NCBI GenBank assembly: GCA_963663225.1
Contig: OY760142.1
Location: forward strand, 2,912,001 to 2,976,000
Reading direction: 5' to 3'
DNA length: 64,000 bases
Source: Nitrospirota bacterium
GTDB lineage: Bacteria; Nitrospirota; UBA9217
Translations under genes and position numbers: made by a program
Notes under the pieces: model-generated
Seen by the model: the letters and a program-made list of their open reading frames with translations, nothing else
Told to the model about the DNA's origin: nothing
The model's database searches: none
Shown here: positions 62,091 to 64,000 of the stretch, one piece after another
Layout: every line of letters starts with the position of its first letter
Position numbering within the stretch: position 1 is the stretch's first letter

Positions 62091-62166
62091 ACGAGTTTGT
62101 ATAATATCCGAACTTTATCTTTCTGTCAACGAAGATTCTTTCCTTTATGCAAATAAACGGTGCTCT

Positions 62167-63231
62167 TTAGTTTGAAGAACGCAGTTTCCTGCCGGTGGCG
62201 ATGATAAAATTATCGAAGGCCTCTTTATAATAATCTTTCTTCCGCCTGATAATGGAAGGGACCCTTTTTTCGTACAGTTCCCGGCCCTCTTGAATGTCAT
62301 TTTTCAACAGTTCAAAAAACGTACCGTCCTGGATTCCCCTGGCCACCGCTTCCTGGTTGTACAGGGCAATATCGGAGACTATGATTCGTGCAAACCGTTT
62401 TGCCTTCTCCACTGCGTCCGGATCCACTTCTTCGACCTGCGGCATTTCATATTCATCTTTTTGGAAAATCGATGCTTCCAGACTGAACGATTCCGGAGTC
62501 AACGGAACGACATCCCTCTGTTTCCGCGCCGAAGCAGAAGGATTATGCTCTGCCGTTTCACGGCCTGCTTGTTGAGAATTGTCTACCGGAAGCAACGATG
62601 GTGTAAATTCCCGTTCCGGCGGACGGGACATTTCCGGAAGTCCATGGTGAAGCGGCAACGCGTGTTTTGGCGGTTCTGCCGGATGCTGATCGGGAAAGAG
62701 AAGCTTTTTCAGCTTGGCAGGCAGATCATGGATATGATGCTTTTCTATATAATCATCCGCACCGTAAAGGCTCTCCGGCGTCCTTTTGTAGCGCCGGTTG
62801 TCGAATACCGAGGAAACAAGGACTATTTTTATTGCTCCGGTATGGGGGTTATTTTTTAACCGTGAGCATAATTCAAAGCCGTATATCCCCGGCAGCCCCA
62901 CGTCCAGAACTAGGGCGTGCGGTTTCCCTTCAAGCGCCCTTTTCAGCGCATCGACGCCGTCAGAAGCAGTGTCCACCCTGAAATTTGACTCAACAAGTAT
63001 GCTGGTGATCATGTCCCGGACCACGTCGCTCTCATATGCGACGAGAACCAACGGCGCTGAAGACGCTGTATGGGAGCTGGTTCTGGGCCCTGGAGATTCG
63101 CGCCGGGGAACGGCTGTCCTCTGGGCTGTCACAACCATGCCGCAACGAGGACATCGTACCTTGACTCCTTTTTCAGGTATTTTGATGTCGTCAACTTTCA
63201 GTTTTGCACCGCACTCGCAGGGAATAATCAT
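62167..63231 (-). CDS. Zn-ribbon/receiver-domain protein
   Basis: Start MIIPCECG...VRCPRC, receiver LVLDVGLP, Pro-rich linker, helical C-terminal domain. Confidence 0.78.
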   Translation of the reverse strand: MIIPCECGAKLKVDDIKIPEKGVKVRCPRCGMVVTAQRTAVPRRESPGPRTSSHTASSAPLVLVAYESDVVRDMITSILVESNFRVDTASDGVDALKRALEGKPHALVLDVGLPGIYGFELCSRLKNNPHTGAIKIVLVSSVFDNRRYKRTPESLYGADDYIEKHHIHDLPAKLKKLLFPDQHPAEPPKHALPLHHGLPEMSRPPEREFTPSLLPVDNSQQAGRETAEHNPSASARKQRDVVPLTPESFSLEASIFQKDEYEMPQVEEVDPDAVEKAKRFARIIVSDIALYNQEAVARGIQDGTFFELLKNDIQEGRELYEKRVPSIIRRKKDYYKEAFDNFIIATGRKLRSSN

Positions 63232-63929
63232 GGATAACGTAATCTCCCTCTTATGTTCCCGAATGGTACGTCTCGCTTTTTGAATAATCCAACCAGAAGC
63301 AGTCCGGCGACAAAACCGGCTATGTGGGCATGCCAGGCGACGCCCCCAATGGTCGTATCTGCAACCAGTACATTGAGAAACTGCAGCAAAAACCAAAGTC
63401 CAAGCACGGTCATCGCAGGAATGGAAACCGTGCGAATATAGAAAAAGAATATAAAGAGCGTCACTACCCGTGCGCGGGGGAACAGCAGCAGATAGGCGCC
63501 AAGCACTCCTGAAACAGCACCACTCGCCCCGATCATGGGAACCGGAGAGGAATCATGGAAAAAAGCATATGCATAGGCGGCGGCACAACCGCACAAAAGA
63601 TAAAACACAAAGAACCGCAGCTTTCCCATGACGTCTTCCACGTTATTGCCGAATATCCAGAGATACAGCATATTGCTGCCGAGATGCAGCAATCCCCCGT
63701 GCAGGAACATGGATGTAACAAGGGTGGCAGAGGCCGGCAGCCAGCTGACGGGGGATGGTTCCGAAGAAAAAAAATGCCGCGGAATCATTGCAAAAGACTG
63801 GAGAAAACGTGATTCTCCCTCCTGACCGAGTGTCAGCTGGTAAAGAAAAACAGCGATATTCACAACGATCAGCAGAACGGCAACCACTGAAAATCGTTCC
63901 GTCGGATTAATATCTCGAATTGGGATCAC
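63228..63929 (-). CDS. Rhomboid intramembrane serine protease
   Basis: SMFLHGG, HLGSNM, GASGAVSG, VAWHAHIAGF. Confidence 0.92.
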   Translation of the reverse strand: MIPIRDINPTERFSVVAVLLIVVNIAVFLYQLTLGQEGESRFLQSFAMIPRHFFSSEPSPVSWLPASATLVTSMFLHGGLLHLGSNMLYLWIFGNNVEDVMGKLRFFVFYLLCGCAAAYAYAFFHDSSPVPMIGASGAVSGVLGAYLLLFPRARVVTLFIFFFYIRTVSIPAMTVLGLWFLLQFLNVLVADTTIGGVAWHAHIAGFVAGLLLVGLFKKRDVPFGNIRGRLRYP

Positions 63930-64000
63930 TGCTGAATTCTACCCCGCCGCGTCTGATTCTGTCATGCCGTTCCGGTCTGCCCTGAAGCGAATACCCTGCC

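Overview
Bacterial window. The core genes and gene order suggest an anaerobic Nitrospirota- or Desulfobacterota-like organism; this taxonomy is inference only. From left to right: (1) a two-component signalling trio (1-3.8 kb); (2) an unusual dissimilatory sulfite reductase locus (4.2-19.3 kb), fur-fdx-dsrA-dsrB-dsrM-dsrK-dsrC-yeiH-orphan-dsrM2-dsrK2-CoA-persulfide reductase-cobA/hemD, with sirC nearby. No dsrD, dsrN, dsrL, dsrT, dsrJOP, dsrEFH, sat or apr is visible. It has a palindromic operator over the fur promoter and a second DsrM that has lost both distal-heme histidines; (3) core genes gatB, gatA, panD, gatC, pcrA/uvrD, glmS and glmU; (4) a hopanoid synthesis and transport cluster (hpnG-like, CruF-like, hpnH, shc, hpnN, hpnM, mlaA, AsmA-like) whose SHC has a duplicated membrane-helix segment; (5) an AT-rich accessory region (HD-GYP, PilZ, a beta-propeller lipoprotein built of 144-bp repeats) ending at tRNA-Arg(CCT); (6) rpoS-like sigma factor, tRNA-Pro(CGG), a Zn-ribbon response regulator and a rhomboid protease. 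All calls come from motif recognition by eye; no database searches were run.
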